Positions 10,673-21,166 of a stretch of DNA of 64,000 nt are shown here, in pieces. Under the pieces are notes generated by a model. It was not told where the DNA came from and made no database searches. It worked only from the letters and a program-made list of their open reading frames with translations. The DNA is from an uncultured Candidatus Binatia bacterium (GTDB lineage: Bacteria; Desulfobacterota; Binatia; UBA9968; CAXXLF01): positions 3,776,001 to 3,840,000 of the forward strand of contig OZ244621.1 in the NCBI GenBank assembly GCA_965218425.1. Direction: 5' to 3'. The translations under genes and the position numbers were made by a program. Numbering within the stretch: position 1 is the first letter of the stretch; each line of letters opens with the position of its first letter.

Positions 10673-11195
10673 GGTTGAATCCCCTTCAGTTGGGAAAAAC
10701 AAGACTCCAAAATGGTCGAACACATCGGTTCCCATTTTTGACGTTTAGATATGTTTCTTCTGGCTGTGTCATCGCTATTCCTTACGCCTGCAGTTCGAGA
10801 TTGTCAACTTCCCGTATAAGGCTACTAGGTTTTCAGTTTCTCAATCAAATTTTTGGTAATGCATTGCATAGGCACTAAGATACCCAGTGAGCAGTGAGGT
10901 GGCTGGACCCTTGTACCGAAGTTCGACCAAGGGTGAGTCTATTGACGGTACAGTGGGTATTTCGTAAAATCAGATCCGGGTCGAGGTGGTGCGCAGTAGC
11001 GCCAACGATTCCAAGCGGAACCGAAGGTATCTGAAGGGGTTGATAGTCGACGGCGACAGTTCCGTTGCGGAACTGAATCAAGAATTGGGTCCCGTTCCCC
11101 CGCCATGAGAGGGCTGCTTCTCTCCAAATCACCCGGGCAGATTTCATGACTTGTCAATACGCAAGCCGACTTGTTATTCGAATCGGAGGTGAAGA

Positions 11196-12296
11196 ATGAA
11201 TAAGAAAATTCCATTGTACCTAGCCGTAACCGGTTTGCTCCTGCTGACTTGCCCTACGAACAGCCCTGCCGGTGAATGGGGTCGGATTTTGGCGGGGGCC
11301 AAACGAGAGGGGAGGGTTGTTATAATGGGGCCGGGCGGCGCGGCAACGCGTGTGGCTCTAACGCAGGGGTTTGAAAACAAGTATCCGGGGATCAGAGTGG
11401 ATTACAGTGGAAGTAGGGGTTCACAGATCCCACCGAAGTTGTTGAACGAACGTGGCGCGAACCACTATCGCGTGGACTTAGTGATGGGTGGTACGGGACC
11501 TATCCTTACGAGTTTGATGGGGGCGCATGTTCTCGATCCAGTTCAGCCGTTCCTTGCTGGACCTGATATTCAACCGTCCAAGTGGCTGGACGGGAAATTG
11601 AATTTCGCAGACGCTACGGGAAAGTATAACTTGGTCATGTCTTCGTACGTCAAGGCGGCGGTGGCCTACAACCCAGGTGTGATCTCTGAGGATGAGGTCA
11701 AGTCCTGGAAATCTTGGAAAGACCTACTCGATCCAAAGTGGAAAGGGAGGATGACGTCCAGAGACCCAAGCACTGGAGGAACCGGTCAAGCCATGTTTCT
11801 CTTTTGGTATTCTACCAAGGGACTTGGAACAGAATATATCAAGCAGATTCTTGCGCAAGATATTGTCTTGTCTAACAGGGATCGCCAGCTCATTGATTGG
11901 CTGGTGCGTGGACAGTATCCGATTTCGCTTGGGTTATCCGAACGTGCCGCCCTTCCGATAATGAAGGCAGGGGGGCCACTTAAGTTTCTTCCAGCGGACG
12001 AGTTGCGGGAACGTTTTTACATCACAGCGGGAGCTGGCAGTTTAGGGGTGGTTAACAAGGCACCTCATCCTAATGCAATCAAGGTCTACCTCAACTACTT
12101 GCTCAGCAAGAAGGGTCAACTTGCCTTCAGCGAGGCAAACGGCTACCCGAGCCGGCGCTTAGACATTCCAATCGACCCTTTCGCAGTTCGTAAAGGACCG
12201 AAGAAGGGAGTGAAATATCAGCTGAATTACAAGGAGCGATTCGTAAAGATGAGAAAGGAAATGCTTGATGTCGTCAAGCCGCTACTCAAGCGATGA
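11196..12296 (+). CDS. ABC substrate-binding protein, close paralog of 6746-7846
   Basis: Colinear with 6746-7846 and about 80% identical by eye; signal peptide. Confidence 0.88.
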   Translation: MNKKIPLYLAVTGLLLLTCPTNSPAGEWGRILAGAKREGRVVIMGPGGAATRVALTQGFENKYPGIRVDYSGSRGSQIPPKLLNERGANHYRVDLVMGGTGPILTSLMGAHVLDPVQPFLAGPDIQPSKWLDGKLNFADATGKYNLVMSSYVKAAVAYNPGVISEDEVKSWKSWKDLLDPKWKGRMTSRDPSTGGTGQAMFLFWYSTKGLGTEYIKQILAQDIVLSNRDRQLIDWLVRGQYPISLGLSERAALPIMKAGGPLKFLPADELRERFYITAGAGSLGVVNKAPHPNAIKVYLNYLLSKKGQLAFSEANGYPSRRLDIPIDPFAVRKGPKKGVKYQLNYKERFVKMRKEMLDVVKPLLKR

Positions 12297-12372
12297 GCGT
12301 CTGAGTGCTACAAAGCAGCATCGGCCGGCGGTGAACTCCGTTAAGTCGACCAAATTCTAACGAGCTTGGCCA

Positions 12373-14106
12373 ATGTCACCGACGGATATAAAAGTCGAAG
12401 CACAAAGCTTTCGATCACATTCGCTGGAGTGGTCCACACTACTGATGGTGGTATTGCTGGGGGTGGTGGCGTTTCTCGTTCTCACGCCGCTTGCCCTTAC
12501 AGTCCTGGGGAGTTTCCAGCTCGCGCGCCCTGGTCAGCCGCCGGTTTACGGGCTTTATGGGTGGGCTCAGGTGTTTAGTGATCCTTCCATTCTTCGTGCG
12601 CTTGGCAACACTGTTTCTCTTGCGGTTTCCCGTCAGCTCATCGCGCTGGTGGTGGGGATTTTCCTGGCTTGGCTAATTGCCAGGACGGACTTGCCCTGGA
12701 AGGGTGGGCTGGAGTTCATGTTCTGGATATCGTTCTTTATTCCCACCCTGCCCGTAACGGTCGGTTGGATCCTCTTGCTGGATGGGCAGTTTGGCCTACT
12801 AAACCGGTGGCTTCAAGCACTCCCCTTTGTGAATGATCCCGTCTTCAACATCTACTCCTATTGGGGCATCGTATGGGTTCATTTGTCTGCCAGTAGCCTG
12901 GGCGCGAAGGTGTTGCTTCTTGCTCCCGCCTTTCGAAACATGGATGCCGCCCTGGAGGAATCATCGCGAATTTGCGGAGTGAGCACACTGGGAACCCTGC
13001 GGCGCATTGTAGTTCCTATCATGGCTCCTGCCATCCTGATTGCCACGACACTCGGACTCATCCGTTCGCTGGAAGCTTTCGAAATTGAACTCCTACTGGG
13101 AGTTCCCATTGGAATCCATGTTTATTCCACCATGATCCACCAGTTCGTAACCTTTGAGCCCCCCAATTATGCGCCGGCCACCGCACTGGGTAGTTTCTTT
13201 TTGGTGATTCTGTTGTGTTTGATGGCATTGCAATGGTGGGTCACTCGAAACAGAAGCTATCGAACAGTTACGGGACATGGGTTCACCACCCGTCCCACCA
13301 CTCTGGGGCGTTGGCGATATCCAGCATTTGTCCTGGTGGCACTTCTGGCTGTGGTGATTACTGTGGTTCCCATGATCATGCTGGTGATGGGAACCTTTAT
13401 GACGATTGTTGGCTATTTTGACCTTCCTCAACCCTGGACGTTAAAGCATTGGCGGCTGGTGTTCGGCGATCGGCTACTGATAAGCTCCATCGTTAATACC
13501 CTGATTGTGGGGATCAGTGCTGCGCTGGTGGGAATGGTATTTTATAGTCTTATCGCCTATGTGGTGGTTAAAACGCGCTTCGCTGGACGCAATTTGCTGG
13601 ACGTCATTTCTTGGATGCCGTGGGCGATACCCGGGGTCCTGCTTAGCCTGGCGCTTCTCTGGACAGTTTTTCAAACGCGGATTCTCTTGCCAATATACGG
13701 CACGGTATACCTGCTCACTTTGGCGATGATAATCAAAAGCATGCCGTTGGGGGTGCAGCTCACGAAAAGTGTCATGGTCCAGATAGGTGACGAACTGGAG
13801 GAAGCTTCCCGCATCAGCGGGGCATCCTGGAGCAGGACCTACCGACGTATCCTAGTTCCGCTGCTCATGCCGGCATTGATCGTAGTCGGGCTTCTTATAT
13901 TCGTATCCGCCGCCCGGGACATCAGCACGGTGGTGCTATTGGGCACTGGCCATACTAGAACCCTAGCGCTGTTGTCTTTGGATTACGCTATGGAAGCAAA
14001 CTTTGAAGGTGCAACCGTGGCGGCAACCATAACCGTAGTCATAGTGGTTATAGCCGCTGTATTGGTTCGGGCAATTAGTAAAAAGCTGGGCTTGAGTAGT
14101 TTTTAG
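12373..14106 (+). CDS. ABC transporter permease (FbpB type, two TM domains)
   Basis: Highly hydrophobic, with two EAA loops (LEESSRICG, LEEASRISG). Confidence 0.92.
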   Translation: MSPTDIKVEAQSFRSHSLEWSTLLMVVLLGVVAFLVLTPLALTVLGSFQLARPGQPPVYGLYGWAQVFSDPSILRALGNTVSLAVSRQLIALVVGIFLAWLIARTDLPWKGGLEFMFWISFFIPTLPVTVGWILLLDGQFGLLNRWLQALPFVNDPVFNIYSYWGIVWVHLSASSLGAKVLLLAPAFRNMDAALEESSRICGVSTLGTLRRIVVPIMAPAILIATTLGLIRSLEAFEIELLLGVPIGIHVYSTMIHQFVTFEPPNYAPATALGSFFLVILLCLMALQWWVTRNRSYRTVTGHGFTTRPTTLGRWRYPAFVLVALLAVVITVVPMIMLVMGTFMTIVGYFDLPQPWTLKHWRLVFGDRLLISSIVNTLIVGISAALVGMVFYSLIAYVVVKTRFAGRNLLDVISWMPWAIPGVLLSLALLWTVFQTRILLPIYGTVYLLTLAMIIKSMPLGVQLTKSVMVQIGDELEEASRISGASWSRTYRRILVPLLMPALIVVGLLIFVSAARDISTVVLLGTGHTRTLALLSLDYAMEANFEGATVAATITVVIVVIAAVLVRAISKKLGLSSF

Positions 14107-14193
14107 GCCTGCAAGAATTAGCGGCTTCCGGATAAGACGAAAGACTATAAGGTTGATATTCATCGTGATAGGAGTGAGGTGAGGAGAATAACC

Positions 14194-16149
14194 ATGACGT
14201 ATACTCGCCTGTTTGAACCGGTGCGGATTGGTCCCAAGACTGCGAAAAACCGTGTTTACATGTCACCCCATAGCACGGGGTTTGCGTACAAAGGTCACGT
14301 TACGGACCAGTATATTGACTATATTGAAGAACGGGCCCGGAATAATGTCGGCACCATATCCACTGGACACTACCTGATCATGCCCAACGCCGTAAGTTCG
14401 GCTGGAGAGCTTACCACGATCCAAAAGGAATGTGTCCCCGGCATGTCGCGTTTGGCCGCGGCCATTCACCGTCATGGAGCGTTGGGTTTAGTCCAGCTGA
14501 ATCATAAAGGCCGCCAGTCGGATACCACCTTTGGAAGGTCCATACTCATTGCTCCGTCGCCCATTCCATACTCAGGGACCCGGCAAATCCCCAAGGAGAT
14601 GGATGCTCAGGATATTGCCGCAGTGCTGGATGCCTTCGCGCAAGGGGCCCGTTACGTTTGCGAAGCCGGATTCGACGGCATCGAACTCCACGCCTCCACC
14701 GGATACCTGATTGAACAGTTCCTCTCTCCCTACACCAATAAACGCAAGGACGGCTACGGCGGCTCATTGGAGAACCGATGCCGATTCCTATTTGAGGTGT
14801 TGGATCGGTTGCGGAAGGCCTGGAGCGGGGAGCCAATGATTTTGGGGGTAAAGCTGACGGTGCGCCAGAGAGTCCCCGGGGGCCTCACTCAAGCGGAAGG
14901 GTGCCAGGTGGCACGGTGGCTTGATCGGCGCAAGGGCGTGGATTTCGTTCACGTCTCGCAGGGGCCCTATGAGGACAGGGATCGTTTCGGACGGGGCATG
15001 CACACTCCCCTCGGCGATCTGGTAAACGATGCGGCGGCGGTCAAAAAACAATTGGGCCGTGCCCTGACCATTGCCAACCAGAGAATAAAGTATCCCGAGC
15101 AAGCGGAGCAGATTCTGGTTGAAGGTAAGGCGGATCTGATTTCACTGGCAAGAGGACTGATGGCCGATCCCGCTTTCGTGACCAAAATTCAAAGGGGTGA
15201 CGCCGAATCCGTGCGCCTTTGCATTGGCTGTGATCAGGAATGTTTTGGTCGTGTGACCCGCAACCTACCTGTATCCTGCCTCCAGAATCCCGCCGTGGGT
15301 AGAGAGAACGAGTGGGCCGATCATCGATTGCAAAAACCGAGTCGGACACTACGGATTGCCGTGATCGGGGGCGGACCGGCGGGTATGAAAGTGGCAGAGA
15401 TCGCGGCCCAGCGCGGCCACCGGGTTAGCCTCTATACAGAGGGCCCGGAGTTGGGTGGGCAGATTCTATTGGCGGCGCGAGCGCCCCTGCGGCAGGAGTT
15501 TGGTCAGATTACAAGCTATCTGTCCAGGCAGATCAAGCAACTTGGAGTGAGGATTGAGTTGGGCCGTCGTCTGACGGCCGAGGACGTACTTGGCCTTGGG
15601 GCAGATGCCGTAGTGGTGGCGACGGGTTCCCATGCCGAGCCACCGGAGTTACCCAATTGGAAAAGTGGCCTTCCCATCCGTAGTGTCCGCGATGTGATGG
15701 AGGGAGCCGAGGTGGGCGCCCATGTTTTCCTGTTGGACCTGGACGGACATTGGCCCGGCATGGCTACAGCCGAGCACCTGGCACATTTGGGGAAGCGGGT
15801 CAGCCTGGTGACTCCCATGCCCACCGCCGGAATCGATATTCCCACCGGAGGCGATCGAATCGCGGCGGTTCGCCGTTTGTATCCCATGGGGGTCCAGTTC
15901 TATCCTGGCCATGTCGTTCAGCGAGCCGAGGGTGAAGAGGTGGTGTTGCTTAATAGCCTGTCGAGTCATGAGGTGAGGATCGCGGGAGTCGATGCCCTTG
16001 TGTATGCTGGCAACAATCGCTCCAATCAAGAGCTGTACCGGGAGCTGAGAGGTAAAGTCCCCTCACTGCACGCCATCGGGGACTGCGTGGTACCTCGCCG
16101 AGCCACCGAAGCCCTCTATGAAGGCCAGCGGTTGGGAGCCATGATTTAA
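14194..16149 (+). CDS. Old-yellow-enzyme-type NADH:flavin oxidoreductase with 4Fe-4S and FAD domain (2,4-dienoyl-CoA reductase/TMADH-like)
   Basis: KNRVYMSPH, GFDGIELH, DGYGGSLENR, CIGCDQEC...C cluster, GGGPAG, IGDC. Confidence 0.9.
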   Translation: MTYTRLFEPVRIGPKTAKNRVYMSPHSTGFAYKGHVTDQYIDYIEERARNNVGTISTGHYLIMPNAVSSAGELTTIQKECVPGMSRLAAAIHRHGALGLVQLNHKGRQSDTTFGRSILIAPSPIPYSGTRQIPKEMDAQDIAAVLDAFAQGARYVCEAGFDGIELHASTGYLIEQFLSPYTNKRKDGYGGSLENRCRFLFEVLDRLRKAWSGEPMILGVKLTVRQRVPGGLTQAEGCQVARWLDRRKGVDFVHVSQGPYEDRDRFGRGMHTPLGDLVNDAAAVKKQLGRALTIANQRIKYPEQAEQILVEGKADLISLARGLMADPAFVTKIQRGDAESVRLCIGCDQECFGRVTRNLPVSCLQNPAVGRENEWADHRLQKPSRTLRIAVIGGGPAGMKVAEIAAQRGHRVSLYTEGPELGGQILLAARAPLRQEFGQITSYLSRQIKQLGVRIELGRRLTAEDVLGLGADAVVVATGSHAEPPELPNWKSGLPIRSVRDVMEGAEVGAHVFLLDLDGHWPGMATAEHLAHLGKRVSLVTPMPTAGIDIPTGGDRIAAVRRLYPMGVQFYPGHVVQRAEGEEVVLLNSLSSHEVRIAGVDALVYAGNNRSNQELYRELRGKVPSLHAIGDCVVPRRATEALYEGQRLGAMI

Positions 16150-16214
16150 AAGGATGATTGGCCAGAGATGTACCGAGAAAGATTTTCCCTGCCGTTGCCG
16201 GAAGGAGTTTGACC

Positions 16215-17855
16215 GTGAAAATGTCTGTTGCTCAAGTGTTGGTCCGCTACCTTAAAGAGTTGGGCGTTCATCAGGTTTTCGGCCTAATCGGTCATTCGAT
16301 TTTCGAAATCACCGATGCCATTTACCTTGAGCCGGATATGGACTTTCTTTCCGTACAGCATGAGCTTTCGGCCTCCTATATGGCTGTTAGTTACTCCAAG
16401 GCAAGGAGGGACCTGGGAGTTTGCCTTGTGTCATCGGGGGCTGGAGCAACAAACCTATTGACCGGTATGGCAATGGCCTATAAAGAGTCTTGCCCGGTGC
16501 TTGCCATTTCATCGGAGGTTTCGGGAAAAGTTTCGGGGAAGGGGGCTTCCTCATGGCATGAAATTCCCCAGGGAGATCTTTTTAGGCCCATAACCAAAAT
16601 GAGTCAGACCCTTAGGAACGCCCAGGATGTTTTGCCTCTTGTTCGAGAAGCCGTGAACCGGGCTACCACAGGTAGAAAAGGACCAGTCTATCTCGGAATA
16701 CCTGCCGATCTTCAAAAAGAGATAGTGGAAGTTCCTGCTCCCCCGTGGCACGTGGAGGTCCCGGCATCACATAACGAGGTCGATCCTAAGGTTCTTGAAA
16801 CGGTCAGTGATGAACTTCTCCGCGCCTTGTCTCCAACCGTCATTCTCGGAGGAGGGGTTTACTGGTCGCAGTGTGCAGGTGAAGTCAAACATCTGGCTGA
16901 GCTGGTGGGAGCTCCTTTCGGCACGTCCCCTTCATATAAAGGGGTAGTTTCGGAGGATCACCCGCTTTCCCTTGGCGTATTCGGTTTTGGTTCCTGCCCC
17001 TACGCCAATAAAGCGTGCCTGGAATCGGACGTGATCCTGGCCGTGGGAACCACCTTCAGCGAAGGCATGACATGGGTCTATGGCAACCGTGTCATACCTA
17101 GCAGCGCCAGGATCATTCAGATCGATCTAGATCCCGAGGAGATCGGAAAAATTTATCCCGTAGCTCATGGTATCGTTGGGGACGCAAAGGTAGTCATCAA
17201 CCAGCTAATTGCGCATATAAAGAAAAAAGGTGCTCCTCCGGCGAAAGCTTCGCCGCGGATGGAGCGTATCCAAGAAGAAAAACAAGCCTGGCGGGAGGAG
17301 GTTAAAAGACGCATTGAAGTGACCGAAGGACCCATAACGCAGTGGCATCTTTACGCCGCATTGAGGCAATCCATCAGCAAGGACGCCGTGGTTGTGGTGG
17401 CGGGTGGAACGGGTGAGGCTCTGCAACGCTTCGTGGCAACTTCCGATGTGTACCATGCAGGTGAACTGCGGGCCATCGGTAGCGGTTTTACCACGGCCAT
17501 GGGCCTTAAACTGGCCTTTCCCGAGAGGTCGGTGGTCTGTGTCACCGGTGATGGATCCTTTATGCTTGAGCTTCAGGAGATAGCCACGGCCATGTCCTTA
17601 AACCTACCGGTGGTTGTGATCATCGTCCACAACTCCGCCTATGGGAATATGAAGAGGGATCAGATCAGGCACTTGGATAATCGTGTCATTGGCACAGACC
17701 TGAACTTACCGGATTTCTGCGCATTGGCTAGAGCTTTTGGAGCCTATGGGGCTAGAGTGGACCGTCCCTCGGCTCTGCTCCAAGAGATCGAAAAGGCGTT
17801 CATGGTTGGAAAGCCTGCAGTGTTGGACGTGATTTGTCCCGTGGAAGATCTTTAG
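16215..17855 (+). CDS. Thiamine diphosphate-dependent enzyme (acetolactate synthase-like superfamily)
   Basis: QHE catalytic Glu, GAGATN, GPVYL and the GDGS...HNSAYG ThDP motif. Start at GTG 16215 or ATG 16221 after GAAGGAG. Confidence 0.9.
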   Translation: MKMSVAQVLVRYLKELGVHQVFGLIGHSIFEITDAIYLEPDMDFLSVQHELSASYMAVSYSKARRDLGVCLVSSGAGATNLLTGMAMAYKESCPVLAISSEVSGKVSGKGASSWHEIPQGDLFRPITKMSQTLRNAQDVLPLVREAVNRATTGRKGPVYLGIPADLQKEIVEVPAPPWHVEVPASHNEVDPKVLETVSDELLRALSPTVILGGGVYWSQCAGEVKHLAELVGAPFGTSPSYKGVVSEDHPLSLGVFGFGSCPYANKACLESDVILAVGTTFSEGMTWVYGNRVIPSSARIIQIDLDPEEIGKIYPVAHGIVGDAKVVINQLIAHIKKKGAPPAKASPRMERIQEEKQAWREEVKRRIEVTEGPITQWHLYAALRQSISKDAVVVVAGGTGEALQRFVATSDVYHAGELRAIGSGFTTAMGLKLAFPERSVVCVTGDGSFMLELQEIATAMSLNLPVVVIIVHNSAYGNMKRDQIRHLDNRVIGTDLNLPDFCALARAFGAYGARVDRPSALLQEIEKAFMVGKPAVLDVICPVEDL

Positions 17856-18299
17856 AACATTCGTCAATCCCCCCAGTCATCGCTCCCATACCTATTAATG
17901 AATTCATAAATAAGTAGGCATAAGGCCGCCAAGGGGTGAGTTCTGATGAGCGCGCGGGCACAGGAACGTAGAGTTGGCGTTCAGGCCCGGGCGGCGCTTC
18001 ACGCCGCCCCCGAAGCGGACGGGGTGGCGGCCTACAAGGTCAAGGTCCATTGACCGCGTTCGGAAGGGCTCGGTCCGAGGGTGGCCAGACACGTCATTTG
18101 TCTAGATGCTGATGAACGCAGTCGTAAGTTACGGGCCGCCCGGTGGAGCCCCTGTTGGTCACTGGCTTGAGAAGCAGGGTCCGGTGTTTAATTCGGCGGG
18201 ACGGTGTGTTATTGGAGGAACTGTATAATACGTTGTCTAGAGAGGACGCAAAACGGGAACTTAGGGTGCTGCGATCTTTAATTTCGGAGGAAATGTGCG

Positions 18300-19577
18300 A
18301 TGACCAATAACGAAAACGAATTATTGACGCAAACTGATCGTGGGACTCCTGGTGGGGAGATGATTCGAAGATACTGGCAGCCGGCTGCATTGTCCGAAGA
18401 GTTGCCTATGGGTGGAGCCCCCTTGCCCGTGAGGATATTGGGGGAGGATCTGGTCCTCTTTCGAGATGACCGGAGACAGCCTGGGTTGCTGGGTATTCAT
18501 TGTTCTCATCGAGGCGCAGATTTAAGTTATGGACGTGTGGAGGACGGAGGGATACGTTGCATCTACCATGGTTGGCTCTACGATATCCGTGGAAATTGTC
18601 TGGATATGCTGGGAGAGCCGGAGGGGGGCAAACCAGAGCAAAGAGCGTCCATCCGGCATCCCGCCTACCCTTGCCAGGAACGTAATGGAGTCATCTTCGC
18701 GTACCTTGGCCCGGGAGACCCACCCCTGTTGCCCAATTATGAATTCCTTGCCGTGCCGGAAAACCATGCCTCTGTTACTAAAGTGTTTCACGAATGTAAC
18801 TATCTTCAGGGTAGCGAAGGGAACAATGATCCCATTCACAATACGCTGTTACATTACCCCTTCCAGGTTCGGGGGGTAGATATTACCGGTGTGGCGGCTT
18901 ATCAGGGATTTCGTGGCGGCAGAGGGGCGGCCCCCGGCATGGATACCATTGATGCTGAGATCACGGATTTTGGGGTAAGGCTTTCACGGACCTGTCCAGC
19001 CGGTCCGGACAAAAAATACGTCCGTATCTTTTGTTTCATGCTGCCAAATTTGACAGCGTTTCCGGGTGGGCCGCAGGGCCCGGAAGGGTATTCCGTCAAT
19101 TGGCACGTGCCAATCGATGATACCCACCATTGGAAATACATCTTCAGTTTTAGTCGGGAGCGGCCAGTGGCGAGAGACCTGGCAAACTCCGGGAGAGGAG
19201 CCGGTGCAACGGCAGACTATAAGCCCATTCCGAACAAAGCAAACCGCTACATGCAGAACCGTGAAATCATGAAAACGACGAGTTACAGTGGCATCGATGG
19301 GGTTCCTATGCAGGATCTCTGCGCTGTGGAAGGGGCCGGTCCTGTTCAGGATCGGACCAAGGAGCACCTTGCAACATCGGACAGGGCCATCGTTGCCCAG
19401 CGAAAGCTGTTGCACAAGGCCATTAAGGACGTGCTTGAGGGGAAGGACCCTTCACATGTCATTCGAGACCCAACGCAGAATCGGTTTCCAAACATTATTA
19501 TCTACGTTGGTGTTCTACCTACGTCTGTGGAGTGGAAAGACCACTGTAAGCTATTGGAGGCCGAAGTTCGTGCCTAG
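18300..19577 (+). CDS. Rieske oxygenase alpha subunit (phthalate 4,5-dioxygenase/LigXa-like)
   Basis: NELLTQT.RGTPGGEMIRRYWQP, CSHRG...CIYHG, EGNNDPIHNTLLH, QD...EHLATSD. Confidence 0.92.
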   Translation: MTNNENELLTQTDRGTPGGEMIRRYWQPAALSEELPMGGAPLPVRILGEDLVLFRDDRRQPGLLGIHCSHRGADLSYGRVEDGGIRCIYHGWLYDIRGNCLDMLGEPEGGKPEQRASIRHPAYPCQERNGVIFAYLGPGDPPLLPNYEFLAVPENHASVTKVFHECNYLQGSEGNNDPIHNTLLHYPFQVRGVDITGVAAYQGFRGGRGAAPGMDTIDAEITDFGVRLSRTCPAGPDKKYVRIFCFMLPNLTAFPGGPQGPEGYSVNWHVPIDDTHHWKYIFSFSRERPVARDLANSGRGAGATADYKPIPNKANRYMQNREIMKTTSYSGIDGVPMQDLCAVEGAGPVQDRTKEHLATSDRAIVAQRKLLHKAIKDVLEGKDPSHVIRDPTQNRFPNIIIYVGVLPTSVEWKDHCKLLEAEVRA

Positions 19578-19650
19578 TATCGGTTTACAAATTGGGTCGT
19601 ATACCTCCTTCCTGATGCGGTGAGGGAAGACCGACTACCGGGACAGATTC

Positions 19651-21105
19651 ATGCTGTGGCAAGATTTACGGCAATATCTGGATAAGCTCGAGGCACTGGG
19701 AGACCTGCGTAGGGTCAAGGGAGCGAACTGGGAAGAAGATATCGGAGCCATCACTGAATTGATGACCGAGAGGGGTGGGCCGGCGCTGCTGTTCGATCAA
19801 ATTCAGGGGTACCCGCCGGGATATCGGGTTGCCGCAAATTTATTTACAACACCGCAGCGAACGGCCGTTGCCTTTGGCATGGATCCCACGGCAAAAGGTC
19901 TGGCGGAGCTCTGGCATGAAGTCATAAAGAATTTTAGACCTGTGCCGCCCAAGGAGGTGCCGTCAGGTCCCGTGTTGGACCATGTTCTCACTGATGATCA
20001 AATTGACCTTTACAAATTCCCTACTCCGAAATGGCACGAAAACGACGGGGGCCGGTATATTGGGACGGGGTTGTGTGTCATTCAAAAAGATCCCGATACA
20101 GGCTTTGTTAATGTGGGGGCGTATCGTGTGTCAATCCACGATAAGAATACCTGCACCATATTCATCGAGCGGGGAAAGCACGGCGACCGGATTCGGAGAA
20201 AATACTGGAATAGGGGAGAGAAGTGTCCCGTCATAATCTCGGTGGGACAGGAACCCGTTTTGATGGCGCTTGCTGGGCCATCTGTTTATATGACTCCGGA
20301 GGGAATCTCGGAGTATGAGGTGGCGGGTTTTTTGCATGGAGAACCCTATCCCGTTATAAAGGGACGTTTTACGGGGCTTCCCATGCCGGCTCATAGTGAA
20401 ATTGTCCTAGAGGGATTTATTCCTTCCCCCGATGATGCCCTGGTGCCGGAAGGGCCTTTTGGTGAATGGACGGGTTACTATGCCCATGGGCGACGACCGG
20501 AGACAATCATCGAGGTCAAGGCCATATACCACCGTAACGATCCCATCATTTTTGGCCAACCACCGCTCCGGCCCATCGGCGTTTATAACAATCCTAACCT
20601 GGGTGGAGATGACATCGCCTCGAAAGTGCGCTTGGAGGAGGCCGGAGTTCCAGGGGTACAGCGAATCTATTTTCTTGGGCGCCCTAACCTCAGAGCCGTT
20701 GCCCTTAAGCAGATGTCCGCGCATCATGTAGAAGACGTGATCCGGGTATTGGTGCCTGGGGGAGACCAATACATGGGACACCATATTTGGATTTTGGTGG
20801 ATGAGGATATCGACGTGACCAACCCGGCGGAAGTGTTCTGGGCCATGGCGGGTAGATGCGCTCCAGAGAATGGAGTGCAGGTGGTGCCGGGGACGGGGTT
20901 TTGGCAGTTGGATCCCAGGATACGGCCTGAGGATCGCTCGAACCCGGATAAAGAAGAGGGTAGGAAGAGTTACACCGCGCACAATCTCGTGATCAATGCC
21001 TGTCGGCCCTACGATTGGATCCATGACTTCCCGCCGGTGGCGGTGAATAGCCAAGAACTGCGGTTGCGAACTGAGAAAAAATGGAAGGATCTGTTTAATT
21101 TATAA
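19651..21105 (+). CDS. UbiD-family decarboxylase
   Basis: DLRQYL, LLFDQIQGY, DGGRYIGTG, NVGAYR, EGPFGEWTGYY. Confidence 0.93.
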   Translation: MLWQDLRQYLDKLEALGDLRRVKGANWEEDIGAITELMTERGGPALLFDQIQGYPPGYRVAANLFTTPQRTAVAFGMDPTAKGLAELWHEVIKNFRPVPPKEVPSGPVLDHVLTDDQIDLYKFPTPKWHENDGGRYIGTGLCVIQKDPDTGFVNVGAYRVSIHDKNTCTIFIERGKHGDRIRRKYWNRGEKCPVIISVGQEPVLMALAGPSVYMTPEGISEYEVAGFLHGEPYPVIKGRFTGLPMPAHSEIVLEGFIPSPDDALVPEGPFGEWTGYYAHGRRPETIIEVKAIYHRNDPIIFGQPPLRPIGVYNNPNLGGDDIASKVRLEEAGVPGVQRIYFLGRPNLRAVALKQMSAHHVEDVIRVLVPGGDQYMGHHIWILVDEDIDVTNPAEVFWAMAGRCAPENGVQVVPGTGFWQLDPRIRPEDRSNPDKEEGRKSYTAHNLVINACRPYDWIHDFPPVAVNSQELRLRTEKKWKDLFNL

Positions 21106-21166
21106 TTGCTGTTGCGGCCCGGCTGGTTGTCCGGCTTTGGATTAGGTTTAGATTGAGGGAGATTCG

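Noticed and set aside
10860..11190. Possible gene remnant or ncRNA between divergent UbiD and SBP genes
   Set aside because: No recognisable protein motif or convincing structure was found.
17943..18120. Hammerhead ribozyme suggested by two CTGATGA motifs
   Set aside because: No correctly placed GAAA after a stem II and no consistent stem I/III with a cleavage triplet could be built by eye.
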